Shown: positions 32,662 through 47,052, counted from the whole stretch's first letter. The stretch is 63,665 nucleotides of DNA, filler included, from Hyphochytrium catenoides (GCA_900088475.1; 10 parts of 10 records of this genome joined end to end with filler, not necessarily neighbours in it), one strand, 5' to 3'. Numbers and translations are program-made. Notes: a model not told the origin generated them from the letters alone.

Positions 32662-34773
32662 TCTTAATAACTGTTATTATCGAGCTGTCTGGCTCCTAAG
32701 TAAGACTGACAAGAAGAAGACAGAACGTGTTGGGCAAGCTCCACTATTATTTTGAGGCGGCGTTTGTTTTACCCCCGTCCCTCTTGGAGTGTGAGGATGA
32801 TCACTTTCCACCTGTACAAGGAAATGACAACTGGATCTCAGGCCTATAGAGCGGAGGAGCAACAGGCCGGCTTGCACCATCTATTAGATGCTGGCAGCCG
32901 TTCGAACATATTAGCTTTCTTAGACATGATGAAGGTGATGATGCTGGTGGCCGTGCTGAATGATTGATGAGGCAAGAGTGGACTTTGAAGGATGTAGGCG
33001 GTGAGGTAGTGACAAGCTTAAGGTTCTGGTTAGTTAGTTGTGAAGAGCTGAGCGAAAGTGAGGACGGGTAGTCCTTCTTGTCCTTAGCAACTGCCGGATG
33101 CATCTGCAGCCTGTGCTGTTCACGATGAAGGATGAGGAGGAAAGCTTTAATTTAACATAGCTATGGGAGGGTAGACCACAACCGACAAAGATGTTCTTCA
33201 GGGAACTACCTGGATGGTGTTCAGCTGCTCAATGAAAAGAAGATACTCGATTTCTTCTTCTTCTCCTCAGGACTCTTCTTCTTGCATCCTTTGGGAAAGG
33301 TTCAGTGTTACCAAGTCGTAGTCCTGCCTTCCAAACGCCTACATATTGATGAGCATGAGCAAGGGACCACCCACCACTGGGCACCCCCATCCATCATCCA
33401 CGCAGCACAAAGCTAAATAACCAAGAAATCCATGATAAGACATTGGATCTGACTGAGTCGCCTTGCCCTCATGTAAGCCAAGCAGCCTACTACTAGGACT
33501 AAACAGCGTTACCAGCGTTACCACTTCATTACTAATAACCGCGGGAAAGTACCATTCCCGCTCTTTTCCGATGGCTATTCCTAGCCATAGAACCTGCTGC
33601 CTGCATCAAAGTCTGCTATCATCGAGAGGCCAGAATGCTCTGGACCATGCCTGCGTGTGAAGGAATAATTGCTAGGAACTATTAGCTCATCAGGCAGACG
33701 ACCCAGTCCGTCAGTGACGCTGTCAAACAACCAGTCCACAACCCACCAACTGACGAGCAGATGCCCTTTCGAAGAAGCAGCAGAGGACTGACTGATCTAC
33801 TTAGCCAGATTGCTAGCCAGAGTCTAAACCACTATTTTGTCCAATCTCAGCAAGAGCAAGTGGGCGTCTGTTCCCGCGACACCCCATGGACAAACCGTCT
33901 TGGAGTTCTGCTAGCCATTTACTTCAGGGGCAACATATCTCAAGGGCACCTTCTCACTCCCAGCCGTCGAGGAGTTATGTCTACAATGGTGAAAGCTGTT
34001 TTCTCCTCTCAAAAGAGCTGCTACTAATAAGCATAGGATGGTGTAATCTTTCAACTCTCCACTGGATTCCACCCAACTCAGACGTAGAGCATTATGTTAG
34101 AGATGGGTGGGCATAATTGTAGCGGGGCAAAATAGTGGCACAACCCTTTATCCCTTCCATTCCGCTCTGTGTGCACCCATGTCCTTGGTGTCGTCCCTCT
34201 TCCTCTGTCGTCATCACTTCTCCCTCCTCTCCTCTCTCTCCCGCTCTTTCTGCTACACAAAGGCAGACAGTAGGAAGTCCGTCTGGTCCGTCCCACCCAC
34301 CCCACTTTCCCTCTTCCNNNNNNNNNNNNNNNNNNNNNNNNNNNNNNNNNNNNNNNNNNNNTTAATTAATTAANNNNNNNNNNNNNNNNNNNNNNNNNNN
34401 NNNNNNNNNNNNNNNNNTCGCTCGCTCTCTCTCGCTCGCTCGCTCTCTCGCTCTCTCTCTCGCTTTCTCGCTCTCTCCTTCGGTGCTCTTCTTCCTCCTT
34501 CTCTCTTGCACTCTTGTTTCATCCGCTTATCGAACCCCAGCAGCCAGCAGCGGCTCTTCTCTCTATGAGCTGTGAGCCCAATTCCTTGGCGTCTTCTCTT
34601 CCGCCTTTCTCTTCAACAGATCACTCTTACACGCCTATCACGACCTTTCCTCTTGTGCAGAGCAGACATAGCGCTTTTTCCGCAGAGATCATTGAGTCCA
34701 ACGAACGGCAAAAGTCAGGGACGGGAGAGAGAGAGAGAGCGGGAGAGAGCGAAAGATAACTCTGACGAGGAAG

Positions 34774-36060
34774 ATGGCAGGAGCAGCTACAGAGGAGCAG
34801 CAACTAAGTAGGAAGGAAAAGCTTCAGCGATACCTTGAAGAGAAGAAGAAGAAGCAGCAACAGGGAGCAGGAGGTGCTGCTCCCCCAAAGAGAGGAACAA
34901 GCTCATCGTCTCAGAATAAAGATCCCAATGTCACCGCCACCACGGGAAAGAAGCGCTCCGTCCCCTCTTCCACGGTTTGTCCCCTCTTCAGTCCGATCTT
35001 AAGTTTCTCGCTCCTCTTTTCTTTTCTCTCTCTCTCTTTCTCTCTCTCTCTCCTGTCTTTGTTTCTGTTCTCTTCTACCCTCGAGCCATTCTTTTACATC
35101 CCATCGCAGCGTTCTTTTCGTCCTATCACACTCTGCACATTTTATCTTCCACTCTTGCTCTCTCTCTCTTTCTTTCTTTCTCTGGCGCTGCTGACGATTG
35201 CATGACGTACAGAGCACAAAGAAGACAGGACCTCCAAAGAAAATAGCCAAAGCTGCCCTGGGCCTGCGCTCTCCGCCCAAAAAGAAAGAGGACTGGGAGA
35301 AACAGGAGGAAAAGAAAGAGGCGCCAAGGACAGTTGAAAAGGTTAGAGCAAAGCTTACGGCTAGCAAGGCTGAGGGAAGAGAAGAGAGAGAGACAACTGA
35401 GCAACCGAAGGACAAAGTGTCAGAAGCTGTGCAAGATCTCTCTCGCCGTCTGGAGGACTACAAGGTACAGAAGTCAGCCAGAAAAGCTCCTCAAACAGAC
35501 TCGAGGTAAGATTCCTTGTCCCCTCACTGAAGTGTAAGAAGAAGTGATAAAGAGCGCAGAGAGAGAGAAAGAGAGAGAGAAAAAGAGAAAGAGAAAGAGG
35601 AGCAGCAGAAGACGAAGGAGGACGGTTAGGACGTCTGGCGGCCAACAGACGTGAAACTTCTCTAGAGACTAAGGTCTACTGCTCACCTTCCTCAGGCTAG
35701 CCACACGATTGAAGCGTGCCAGAGAAGAAGACGAGAGGGTCAAGGAACAGAATCTTATGAATGCGCTTCTGTCTAAGATCCAGGAGGCTATGATCATGGC
35801 ACAGGTGAGACTCTTTCATCGTCTCTTCATCTATGTTTCTTTCTCTCTCTCCTCTAATTGCTCGTGTTTCTCTTCGCCTCCCTCTCCCTCCCTTGCAGTT
35901 CAGTGTACAAGGGGCACGAGAAGTATTGGAGGGACTCTCTCAGTCCCCAGAGCTATCCAGAGCAACATCGAAGGCTGTTTATTGGGCCGCCAGAGCCAAG
36001 ATTGAGGAGGTAAAAGGCTAGTTTGTCTGAGTTCGTGGCTTCGTATCCCTTTCTCGCTTT

Positions 36061-36102
<42 letters not shown>

Positions 36103-39100
36103 GCCCGTTGTGCTAGCCCTCTGACTTTGTGTCGTGAGGACTTCGATGTCAAAATCATGTTCCCCTCTCTCTCTCTCTCTCTCCTTTTTTCATAACTTGT
36201 TTCCTTCCCTGTAAGCGCGTTACCCATGGACTGAAGACCTCTAGCATCAGAACCGTCCCTCTAACTCCTCCGCTCTTTCTCTCTTTGTGTTTGTTGCTCT
36301 CGCTCGTCTCCCCTTTCCTCCCTTCTTCATGCTCTTCTGCTCCTTCCTGCTTGTGTGTCTGTCTCTCTCCCTCTGCGGCTGGTCATCCAGGACTTCGGTA
36401 ACCCCGAAGGGGTGATCGCTGTGTTTGAGGAGGCAGAACGCGCAGTGACAGCCCGGGAAGAGGTGCGCGCTTTGTGCGCAAGCATGACTGAGTTCATTCA
36501 GCGCATTCATAACAAAGACGTTAGCACCATCAGAGACAGAATGGAGCAAAGGTTGTACATCGCCTCTCTTCCGTTAGCTTCCTAGCTCCCCTTTCTCTCT
36601 CCAGCTGAGCAAGGCATGTCCGGCTTTCTTGGGCCAACCCATTTCTCGCCCAAATTACGCATCCCACTGACCCTTCTGTTCCCCATCCTACCCTTCGCTC
36701 TTCTTGAAAGTCCTCTTTTCTGTTCTCAGCTTTTCTCTTTGCAAGAGTTGGTCAGACCGCCATGCAGTTCCACATATAAGCTCTTCTACCAAGCTCCTCC
36801 CCTCTCTAGTCGCAGCCCTGCCCGCATCACCTAAGATGCTCATCTTCTCCAATGATCCTTTCCGTATGAACTTTCTCCCTGTAGGGAAAGCCAAGTGGAG
36901 GCGGTACCAGCCAAGAGACTGAGCTTCTCCTCTCCGTCAGCTTCCCCTCCTGGAAGGGCAGAAGAGTCACAAGCTGCCTCTGATGAAGTCCAAAAGGACG
37001 AGAAGAGAGCTACACCAGAGTTGCCAGGCAGAGGTGAAAAGTCTAGTTGCTCCCCGATGGAGCTAGTTGAAGATCAAGGAGCATCGCAGGGACGATGTGA
37101 GACAGAGGTAACTGCTAACCCATCAAGCTTGCACCTCTATCCTCTGTCAACGGACCCTCTCTGTGTCTCTTTCCACAATGCTTCAGGTTCCCGGGAGCGG
37201 CTTGGGTGACGCTACTTCTCTGCGCATGGAGGAGGAGGAGAAGGAGGCCCATGTGGAGGGGGAGAGAGAGCTCCGCCGTGTGGCGGAAGAAGAGAGCAAC
37301 GCAGAAGCCAAGAATCAAAGTGTACCCCAAGAGATAAGCAAGGAGACCTCCGGAGAAGAAAGAGTGATAGAAAGAGAGGAGAGTAATAACGAGGCAATGG
37401 ACAAGGAAGAGAAGGAGGAATATCATCTCTCTCACCAGGCAAACGAGAGTGACGAGAAACCTGAATCCCCTACTAGTACCAGTGACCCTGCCGCGGTAAG
37501 TGCAGTGCCTTAGACACCCCCTCTCTCCCCTTTTTCCCTCNNNNNNNNNNNNNNNNNNNNNNNNNNNNNNNNNNNNNNNNNNNNNTCTCTCTCTCTCTCT
37601 CTCTGTCTCTGCTTATTTTGAACATGTCGTCCTGCTCGCCCAAAGTCAAGCTCCAACATTTACCTGCATCCTCTCTCCATTATGACTCACAGACTCCAGA
37701 CAAGTCTTTCGATGATGATTTATTTGACGACACCCAGGACGAGCTCTCAAAGTACTTGAAGCCGGAAGATGAGTCTTCTTCACCTCTCTCCCCTTCTGTA
37801 GCTCCCACAGGTAATTAGTCTCCCTTTTTCTCGCATGGCAACGCCCTAGGAACTGGCCAGCTGGTCAAGAACAGTGACGGTCTAACGTAGTTCCTGAATC
37901 TTCCTTAGGAGACATGGTTGATCCGGTTGCCTCACCGTGCCAAGAGGATGGAAAGAAGGATCAAGAGGCTGAGAAGAAGGCACAGCACGAAGAGAAGCTT
38001 CCATCTAACCCTTCATCTTGGCTCTCGGTGGGCCTTAATGCTGCTGCTAGCTTTGGGTTAGGCACACTAGCTGCAAGGGTCCCTCAGCCAGTAGATAGAC
38101 AGACTGCAGCTGGCCCTACCCAGTCCCTTCTCTCCCCGCTCTCTGCACGAGCCTCGGCCACCAAGAGAGGAAGAGAGAAGAAATCTGAAGATGAGAGCGA
38201 GAAGGAAGAACGAGGGTCTATTGTCACATTAGCCGAGACTCGAGTCCGGGCTTCTAAAGCTCTTATCTTCGGTTCCCCTGTGGTTGCTATGCCAGTCAGA
38301 CGGTCCGCACGCCTATCCACAGGAAAGAAGTTGAGAGATCCACAGCAGATCCTCAGGGTAAGCTCTGCCCTCCGCAAGCCTCTATTATAATAACTCCTTT
38401 TCTCTCGGTCAGTTTTGCCTGTCTGACTTCCTTCTCTACTTCCTCTTTCAGTAATGTTATTTCTTCAATAGGCAGCCTGGAATGGCAGTAACTAGCTTGG
38501 ATCAAACTCCTCTTCCTTCATCACTCTTTTCCTTTGTCTTTTTTTTTTTTGGGGTCTCTTCCTGATAGGATACTTTGGATTATGGCTGTGGCATCTACTC
38601 ACTAAACGTCCTGATTTTGTTCTCTGTAGCGAGCAAATCACTCTTACACTCCTAACAAAGCCCTACGAGGATCACTTGCAGAAGATGGCGGAAGACTTGG
38701 AACTCCTCTCTCTCTCCCTCTGGATCATCAGCACAATGTGAATGACTTGGAGCGGTACCTCCAACATGCAGTGCAGCGCAGCGCCACCAAGGCTCCAAAG
38801 CAACAACCAATTGCTGAAGGTGCCTGCCCTCCTTCATCCTCTATGTTCTTGATTGCTCTGTCTGCTTTCTTTATTCTTCTCTCTTTTAGAGGTACCTACT
38901 TTGCGCTCCTTACAGCGTCCTCTTTTTTGCAGTCTCGGTGCTCGCTAGCGTATGATAGGTCGCCTGTGTTCCTCTCTTGCCTCTTTCTTTGCGTTCTTGC
39001 TAACAATCAAGCCTTCTTTCCCTTGTTAGAAGGCGAGCTAGAGCAAGACCTGGTGAAGCCTATGACCATGACTCCTAAGGTTCTCAATAAGGTATGATGG

Positions 39101-39295
39101 GCCAGCGGTGTCCCTTCTAAACTCCAACTGGGTCCTGACGCTTCTCATCCTCTTTCTCTACTTCTCCTTACCCTCGCTACTGCCTTTGCTATGTAGACGC
39201 CGAAGCCGTCTCGTTCTTCACGCCGAAGAAGAAGTCAAACGCCAGAACTGGCAAGACAGGACAAGGAGAATCTTCTCTTCTCTCCTTTGGCCTAA
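34774..39295 (+). CDS. CKAP2-like (cytoskeleton-associated protein 2) protein, multi-exon
   Basis: N-terminal RKEKLQRYLEEKKKK, central KAVYWAARAKIEE/DFGNPEGVIAVFEEA, PVRRSARL and a C-terminal DKEN. It resembles recalled CKAP2_C motifs; this was not database-checked. Confidence 0.6.
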
Positions 39296-39440
39296 AGTGA
39301 TCCTTTCAGTCAATGTGTCTTTAGGGTAATGCCTGAACGGGCATCAGATATCTCTGTTTAATCATCAGTATAATACAGGTGCCAGGTCTTTTCATTTGAC
39401 TCCCTCTCTCTTCCTCTTTCTTTTTATCCCTCCGTAACTA

Positions 39441-41087
39441 TCATCCTGCCCTACGCTCGCCTTTGTCTCTCGCCACGTCAATCTTCGTGTTATGTTGCTG
39501 GAGTATACGGATAGCCTCCTCTCCCTCTGGGCCAAGGTTATTCCCTCCCAACTCTATTGTTCCTAGCGCCTTGTTGTCTCTCAAAGAGGAGAGAATGGCT
39601 GCGGCTCCTGCCCCTGTGAGCCCCGTGCCTGTCAAATCTAAGGAAGTGAGAGACTCATGAGAAGAGAGGTGCTCAGCAATCCTTCTTCCACCTGTACAGA
39701 GGCCAGGCAAGCAGACGGAGAAATGTGAGCTGGGCAATCTAAGGAGTTCAACTCAGATCAGAGACATAGTGTGGAGAGAGAGAGAAAGAGAAAAAGCTGT
39801 AGAGGCAGTCACACCCCGAGAAACGTGCCATCCTTTGCATAGAGACAGAGAGTAGCCTTCTAATCACAGAATCAAATGAACGGGAGACACAGAGAGAGAA
39901 GACCCCGAGAAGTAATGAGTAGCAGATACGAAAGGACTAGGGAACTACAATCCAAGGATTTCTAGGTCAAGCTCTATAGGCCATTCACCTTCGTCCAAGA
40001 GATCATTGCCCAGAAGCCGGAGCTCTGTCAAAGAAGAGAGCAGAAAGGCCATAGCCACGCCCTCAGAGGAGATCCCATTCCTTCCTATATCCAAGTACTT
40101 TAGTCCGTGCCCCTCATCCTTCAAGAGACTCACAAAGTCTCTCAATCCTTGATCCCCCAGAGCATTCTTATGAAGAGAGAGAGAAGAGAGAGCCTTATTC
40201 TTTCTGATTCCTCTCGCTAGTCTCTCCCCACTAGCGGACTGAAGGAGGTTCTCAGCTAACTCTAACCGTCGCAAGGAGCTGTTGCTAGAAAGAGAAAGAG
40301 ACAGTTCTTCTGCAAACTGATCGTCTAACTGGCAAGAAGAGAGAAGAAGGGTTTCCAGCGACGCGTTAGACGCCAAAGCTCGTGCCAGAAGAGCACCGCC
40401 TCCTGCTTGCAAAGGATTCTCAGAGAGGTCCAAGAATTTCATCCCACAGCTTCCATCGGTTAAAAGAGAAGTGAGAACGGACACGCCGTCCTCTCTGATG
40501 CTATTGCCACTTAGGTCTAAGTGCGATAAGCTCTGTGTGACACTTAGTCCACGAGAGAGCGCTTCTAGCGCAAAATTATCCACAAGATTTCGGCCCAGCC
40601 GTAGCTGCTCTAGAGCTAGCTTTCTGTGTAACGCAGCTGCGATGGCCTGGCAGCCGACAAGTCCAATGTTCTTCAGCTCTAGGTCAAGACACTTAAGGCC
40701 CGATTGTGAGCTCAAGGGAGCCATGAGAGCTCCTAATCTCTCATCTCCAAACTCTTTATCGCCTATGCAAAGCTTTTCAAGTGTGGAGTTAGCGGCGAGA
40801 GCTCGGCCTATGGACTCCACGCCTTCCATCCCTATCCGATGTCCTGAGGCATATAGCTCTTTGAGATAAGTATTCACAGTTAATGCCTCTGCAAGCTGCT
40901 GCGCCTCCGCGGTCCCTACATAACAGGAATCAGCTAAGCACAGTGACCTTTGTGCCCCAACTTTCCTTGCGCCGGCATACTTACCGAACTGCCTTACGCT
41001 GAGAATGTAAACCGAGGACAGGGAAGGGTCATTCCGCTTCACTTTGTCTACGATGTCATCAATCCCTCGCTTCTTACCCCACGCCAT
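39441..41087 (-). CDS. Ribonuclease-inhibitor-type leucine-rich-repeat protein
   Basis: About 28-aa LxxLxLxxNxI repeats (LSHLDLSGNSI, MKFLDLSENPL, LKYLDIGRNGI). The start is MAWGKKRG. Confidence 0.88.
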
Positions 41088-41718
41088 GGTTATCGGTCCA
41101 GAGAGGCAGAAAGGTTCCTTAACAAGAACGAACCTGGCGAGCACGAGGAGACAGACCAGCAACAGCCAGCCCGATGGCTAAGGAAGGAGGTGAAGATTGA
41201 GCAATCAAGATGAAGACTCCACAGAAGCCGTTATTCTGAAGATTTGTCATTGCGGCTTCTGAACTCTGGAAAGCTCTGATTCTGATCACTGGACCATTTG
41301 ACAGAGAGGCGTTCTAAATATGGCCAGGTATTATCCCGTCATATGAGAGATTATTCTAAATCCCCTCCTACTACTTTCGGATGCTGTTAGTAATTTTAGG
41401 ATCAGAAGAGGTAGGCAGAAAGGCACTTGAAGGTCTGAAGCAGCAGCGAAGCCTTGAGCTGCGGGATGTGGGAGAGAAGCTCAAGAATCCGCAGCAGATC
41501 AATGGCGTCTTCCTGTCAGATCTGTTCCTTACTCTCCCATCAGCTTTCTCCTAGGATACTAGTTGGGATAGGGAGCCCTCTGTCTCGTGAGTGTCGTGTC
41601 CGTCTACTCATTTATCAGGTGACGAGAGAGTCTCGCTGACGCTCTCCTCTCGCCTATGGAGCCTCTCTCGCTCTTTCTTCTGCTTTGAACTGCGAGGAGG
41701 AGCCCTACGGCTGGCAGG

Positions 41719-43056
41719 ATGGACCCGACTTCCAAATACTCGCTCTTGGAGACAATTGGAACAGGAGCTTGTGGTGATGTCTACAAAGCGTAAGTGGTTC
41801 ATGGATGGAGCTGGTTCCTGGGACTAAGGGAGTTAAATGTGTGACGTCCGAGGGAGGAGTCGTCGGCATGCGGAGCCGTAATAAGAGCGCGATTAAGGCA
41901 AGAGCAGAGGACAAAAAGGAGAAAGGCACAGAGAGAGAGAAAGAGAAAGCAATGTACGCACAGACGATGAGAGAGAGGACAGACGCCGAGACAGGTCCTT
42001 AAAGCTCTGCACCTCTAAGCTCACCTTCCCTGAAACGTATTCTTTCAGGCTGGACGTAGAGACGAACGAGATCGTCGCCATCAAGATCATTGACTTGGAG
42101 AAAACAGAGGATGAGTTGGACGACATACAGCAAGTAAGTCGCGCATTGATAGAAGAAGCGTGGAGAAGATCTGGCGCCTATGCAAGAGTACGCTAAAGAG
42201 AGATTTGAGTGTGCCAATATGCAGATAGGAAGAGGGAAGGCACAAAGGAGCAACGACACTTTGACGTCTCGAGTGCCTTGCATATAAAGACTAGACTTTA
42301 CACACAAGAGCACGAGCAGTGTAGTTAGAGAGATGACCATGAGAGAGAGGCATTATCCTGATACTATACCATCCTTCCAGGAGATCGCTGTGATGTCTCA
42401 GTCCGCTAGCCCTCAGCTGACTCGCTACTCGAGCTCCTACATTATAGGCACTCAACTATGGTCTGTTTGTTACAATGCTTTCTCTCACCAATTTCCTCAG
42501 CTCTCTCTGCTTTTGACTGTTGGCCATACAAGTCAGCCCTTAATCCTTCTTACTTGTAACTTCCTTCCTAAGCAGCCTCTCTAGTGGCTCGCCTTCTTTG
42601 CGTGTGATCCTTAGCACTTGCCTTCATACTGGCTCTCCTTCTCGGATTGCTCGCTCTCCCCACCAGCGGTTCTTCGCTTTGACAAATCTCTTGTCTCGTT
42701 GCGCGCGTCCTGACCACGTTAATTACACAGGATCATAATGGAGTACTTAGCAGGAGGTTCCGTCAGTGAGCTGATGAACTCCAACGGGTAAGTGCAGTCC
42801 TAATAAAAGTGGGATATGAAAGGAGGAGGGAGGGATGACAGGCCCCCATACCTTCGTCTGATGTAGCGGTGGAAGAGAAAGGAACACAGCGAAAGAGCGA
42901 GAGGGAATAGGGAGCTGCCATATAGATGGAGCGAACAGGCAATAGGGGAATTGGTGCACTACTGGTAGAGAAAAAATCTTTCCAGCGCTCTTACCCATAT
43001 AGTTAGGCCAATCACCGAGGACTGTATCGCTGTTATTATCAGAGAGGTCCTGAAGG
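41719..43056 (+). CDS. STE20 family (MST3/4-SOK1, GCK-III-like) kinase, 5' exons; truncated by contig end
   Basis: MDPTSKYSLLETIGTGACGDVYKA/LDVETNEIVAIKIIDLEKTEDELDDIQQ/EIAVMSQ...QLW/IIMEYLAGGSVSELM/...EDCIAVIIREVLK. Confidence 0.9.
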
Positions 43057-43446
43057 TATGCCCTGCATATTCAAGACCCATACCTTTGTCTGTCACTTGT
43101 CTGTGACAATCCTTCCTCATTTCCTAATAATGAGTCCGCATAACTGGATCACCTGATCCTTGGNNNNNNNNNNNNNNNNNNNNNNNNNNNNNNNNNNNNN
43201 NNNNNNNTTAATTAATTAANNNNNNNNNNNNNNNNNNNNNNNNNNNNNNNNNNNNNNNNNNNNCTTCTTCTTCCTCTTCTTCTTCTTCTCTTTCTTCTTC
43301 TTCTAGAAATAGTCTGTCAGTAGTGATAGTAGTAGCAATAAGTTCAATATGAAGAAAAGGAGAGAGAGAAAGAAAAAGAGAGAGAGAAAGAAAAAAAGAG
43401 AGAGAAGGAAAAAGAGAGAGAGAGAGAGAAGGAGAAAGAGAAAGAC

Positions 43447-43477
<31 letters not shown>

Positions 43478-43819
43478 CAGAGAGAGAGAGAGAGAAAGAA
43501 AGAGCACGTGGAAAGTAAAAGAGAAAGGGAAAATGAAAAAACGGTATCCTTCTTTCAAGATTTATCAAATATAGACCAGGGAGTTGATTATCAAGGACAT
43601 CTCACCCTGATCTTCGTCGTATGATCTTTCTGAAAGTGTGAAGTAACGGAATGAAAGCGAAAATCCAAGGTTTTTTGGGGGGATGCGCTGTGCTTTATGG
43701 ATGCCCTTACTTTTGTAAACTTTGAGACTCGAAACTGTATTGTCAGGTTTCCGTGGTCTGGCGGAAAGGTCATTCAAGAACGTAGTTGGAGGAGAGAAAA
43801 AGGAAGAACAAAGAGGGAG

Positions 43820-43867
<48 letters not shown>

Positions 43868-44306
43868 GGGGAGAGAGAGAGAGGTAGAGAGAGAGAGAGA
43901 AAGAAGGAGAGAAAGTGACAGTGAGGAGAGAGCAGAGAGCGAGAAACAGAGAGAGAGAATGACAGAGATAGAGAGTGAGCAGAAGACAGAGAGAGGGAAG
44001 GGAAAACGAGAAGAGAAAATGATGAAAGAGCACTCGGATCATGTCGCAGGTCTGCAGGTCTCGCCAGGGTCACGATGATCTCAATCTGCAAACGTTCTCT
44101 CTCACTTTCTCCTTCGTTCTCTCTCGCTCTCCACCCAGTCCTGCCTTCACGACCAGCAAGAGCAAGGGAGGGGAAGAGAGAGAAAAGGAGAGAGAGAGAC
44201 AGAGATCGAAGTTCCAGCCGGGAGAAGAAAGAAAGCAGGCGGGCCGCTCTCTTTGCAGAGTCTCATACCCTCCTCTTTCTTAGAAACAGCAGATTTGTAA
44301 AGATGC

Positions 44307-45269
44307 ATGATTTGTAGAGAGAGAGACAAGGAGAGAGTGAAAGCCAGAACAGGCAGACAAAAGACAAACACAGAGAGAGAGAGAGAGAGAGAGAGGGAGA
44401 AAGAGAGAGAAAATGATGGAGGAGTGGAGATGCTAGATGAGATGGAAGAAGTTCAGAAGAGAGAGGAGGAAGATGGAGTGAGAGAGAGAGAGAGAAACAT
44501 AAACGGAGGCAAACAGAGGGGACCATCGTCGGGAGACAGAGGACCGGAAGCCATAGATTCAGACGGTGCTGCAGGAGAAGAAGAGGAAACGAACAAGGAT
44601 GAAGATACAACGGATCCAGAAGGGAACCAAGCGCAGGCAAACAGTGATGATGGTCTTTACCTCTGCTCTTCACTTCTTCTTTCTCCCTCTCTCTCTCTTT
44701 CTCCTGCACTTTCTCTTCTCTTCCTCTTTCTCTCGTTCTGTCTCTCTCCTCTCTCTCTTTTCTGGCCCATTCTGGGTTTCTCTATCTTGTCTCTCTTTCT
44801 CCCTCTCAGTCTTCTCTTTCTGTGCGTACCGCTGTCTGAGATGGGGCTGTTCTCCTCTGGTTCTGCATCTTTGTCGCGCTCGATTGTAACTTTCTTTCCT
44901 TCCTCCTCCTGCGTCTCCAACTATCTTTCTCTCTTCTCTCTCTCTCTCCTTTTCCCTCTTTCTTTCTCTTTTGCTCTCTCTCTATCATATCTATCAGACA
45001 CTTCTGAAGAGACTGAGCAGGAAAGAGCAAGAGAGAGGGTGGCGCGCACTTCTTCCGTCTTCTCTCTCCCTCCTCTCTCTTCGCTTGCCCCTCTCCTCAC
45101 TGCAGAGCAAAGGACAAAGATCCAGGAATGCAGAGCCTTTCTGTCGCAGAGACAAAGAGCGCTAAATCAGGTTATCACTCTCTTCTCCTCTCTCTCTCTT
45201 CTACCTCTTCTGTCTTTTCTCTCTCTCTGTCTTTCTCTCTCTCTGTGTCTTCTCTCTCTGTCTCTGTAT

Positions 45270-45307
<38 letters not shown>

Positions 45308-45866
45308 TCCAATCGCCTTTTTCGTAAAACTCTCTCTCTCTCTTTCTTTCTCCTCTTCCTTCAGTCCTCGTTCTTTACTCTATAGATAAATGTGAGAAGA
45401 GAGAGAGAGAGAGAGAAGAAAGGAGAGAGACACTGACGACCTAACACGTTCTTTCTTTCCCCTTTGCGACTTAGATCCTGGCAGGTGTCGTTCCTTACTC
45501 TCCTGAGCTCATCTGGCTTCAAGGAGAGGGAGAAGCAGAGAAAGAGAGAGACAGAAAAGGGAGAGAGCACGGAAATCTCATTGAGACAGGAAGAGAAGAG
45601 ACACCGTGTGTCTCTCTCTCCTCCCAACAGTGGGCGGCCGTCTCCCGCCTCCTTTCTCTCTCTAAACACCACTTTCTCATTTGGGCCTTTCAGCGCTGGC
45701 AGAAATGGGAGAGAAAGAGAGAGAGTTGCAGGAGAATCGTCAAAATCTTAGCGTCCTCTCTCTCTCAGAAGAGATTTGCGGCCTGGAAGAGACAGAGTCT
45801 TTGTCTTTCGGTAAGAAAGAGTGAGCGAGAGATAAGGAAAGAGCGAGAGAGAGGAAGAAGAAGAGG

Positions 45867-45909
<43 letters not shown>

Positions 45910-46463
45910 TGTGGATGAAGAAGGACAAGAAAAGAGATAGTGAAAGAGAAATCCGGAAGAAGAACAGGGAGAGCTTGAAGGATAGCAAGGAGTGAAAGTG
46001 GTAAGAGCGAAGGATAGAAAATTGGGATAAAGAGGGAGAGAGAGGAGAGTAAGAGAGAGAGAGAGAGAAAGAGAAAGGATAAGACGGAGAGAGAGAGAGA
46101 GAGAGGCATAGAAAAACAGAGAGAGAGAGAGGCACAAAAAAAAGAAAGAGAGAGAGAGAGAATAAAACACCAAGACTGCCGCCTTCTAACTTTTCCTCTC
46201 TCTCTCTCTCCCTCTGCTTTTCAATCTCTCTCTCTCTCCTCCTCTCTCTCCATTGCGTTTTCTCTCATCATTGTCCTGCAGAAGCGTCAGGACGTAGGGA
46301 AGCTGGTCTATCGCCTATTATGTCGAAAGCGAAAAAGAGAACTTCTTTCTTGTCTCTCTTCCTGGAAAGAGAGACTCTACGAAGGACATTGCCAGCAGCT
46401 GGGCGGCCAGGGAACTATCATGGAGTCCAAGCTCAGGAAGAAGAACATAGAGGCCAGCATAGA
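44307..46463 (+). CDS. Fragments of a hypothetical low-complexity protein embedded in GA/CT microsatellites
   Basis: Short non-repetitive segments are bounded by AG/GT (e.g. ~44999-45170, ~46282-46463). No recognisable domain. Confidence 0.3.
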
Positions 46464-46479
46464 GGTAAAGAAGAAAGCA

Positions 46480-46519
<40 letters not shown>

Positions 46520-46894
46520 CCGTCTCTCAATCCTCGTTCTCGCTCATCAGCCGATCGCGTTCTATGTATCTCCGCTTGCCGACACCTTTTTCACTTTCCT
46601 TCTCTCTCTTATATATTGAGTCTAACTTCCTATCTCTTCTTTCTGTCTCTCTCTGCCCCTCTCTCTACTTTCCTTGCTTGGTGCTCCTCGCTCTCCCCTC
46701 TTCTCTCTCTCTCACCCGATACGTCTTCTTGGTACATTCTCTGTCTCTACCTTTCCTTGTTCTTTCTCCCTCGCTGTCTCCCTTTTTCTCTCTTCTCTTC
46801 CTCTCTCTCTCTCGCTCTGTGTGTCTGTGTGTGTGTGTCTCTCTCTCTCTCTCTCTCCCCGCTCTCTCTCTCTCTCCTTCTCTCCCTCTCTCTT

Positions 46895-46940
<46 letters not shown>

Positions 46941-47052
46941 CCCCTGGAGATTNNNNNNNNNNNNNNNNNNNNNNNNNNNNNNNNNNNNNNNNNNNNTTAA
47001 TTAATTAANNNNNNNNNNNNNNNNNNNNNNNNNNNNNNNNNNNNNNNNNNNN

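Noticed and set aside
33100-34150. Possible decayed mobile element upstream of the MFS gene
   Set aside because: Non-repetitive and stop-ridden, with no motif I can identify. It needs a database search.
43264-46952. Many long ORFs rich in LSLS or RERE
   Set aside because: They are translations of stop-poor CT/GA microsatellites in introns, not real proteins.
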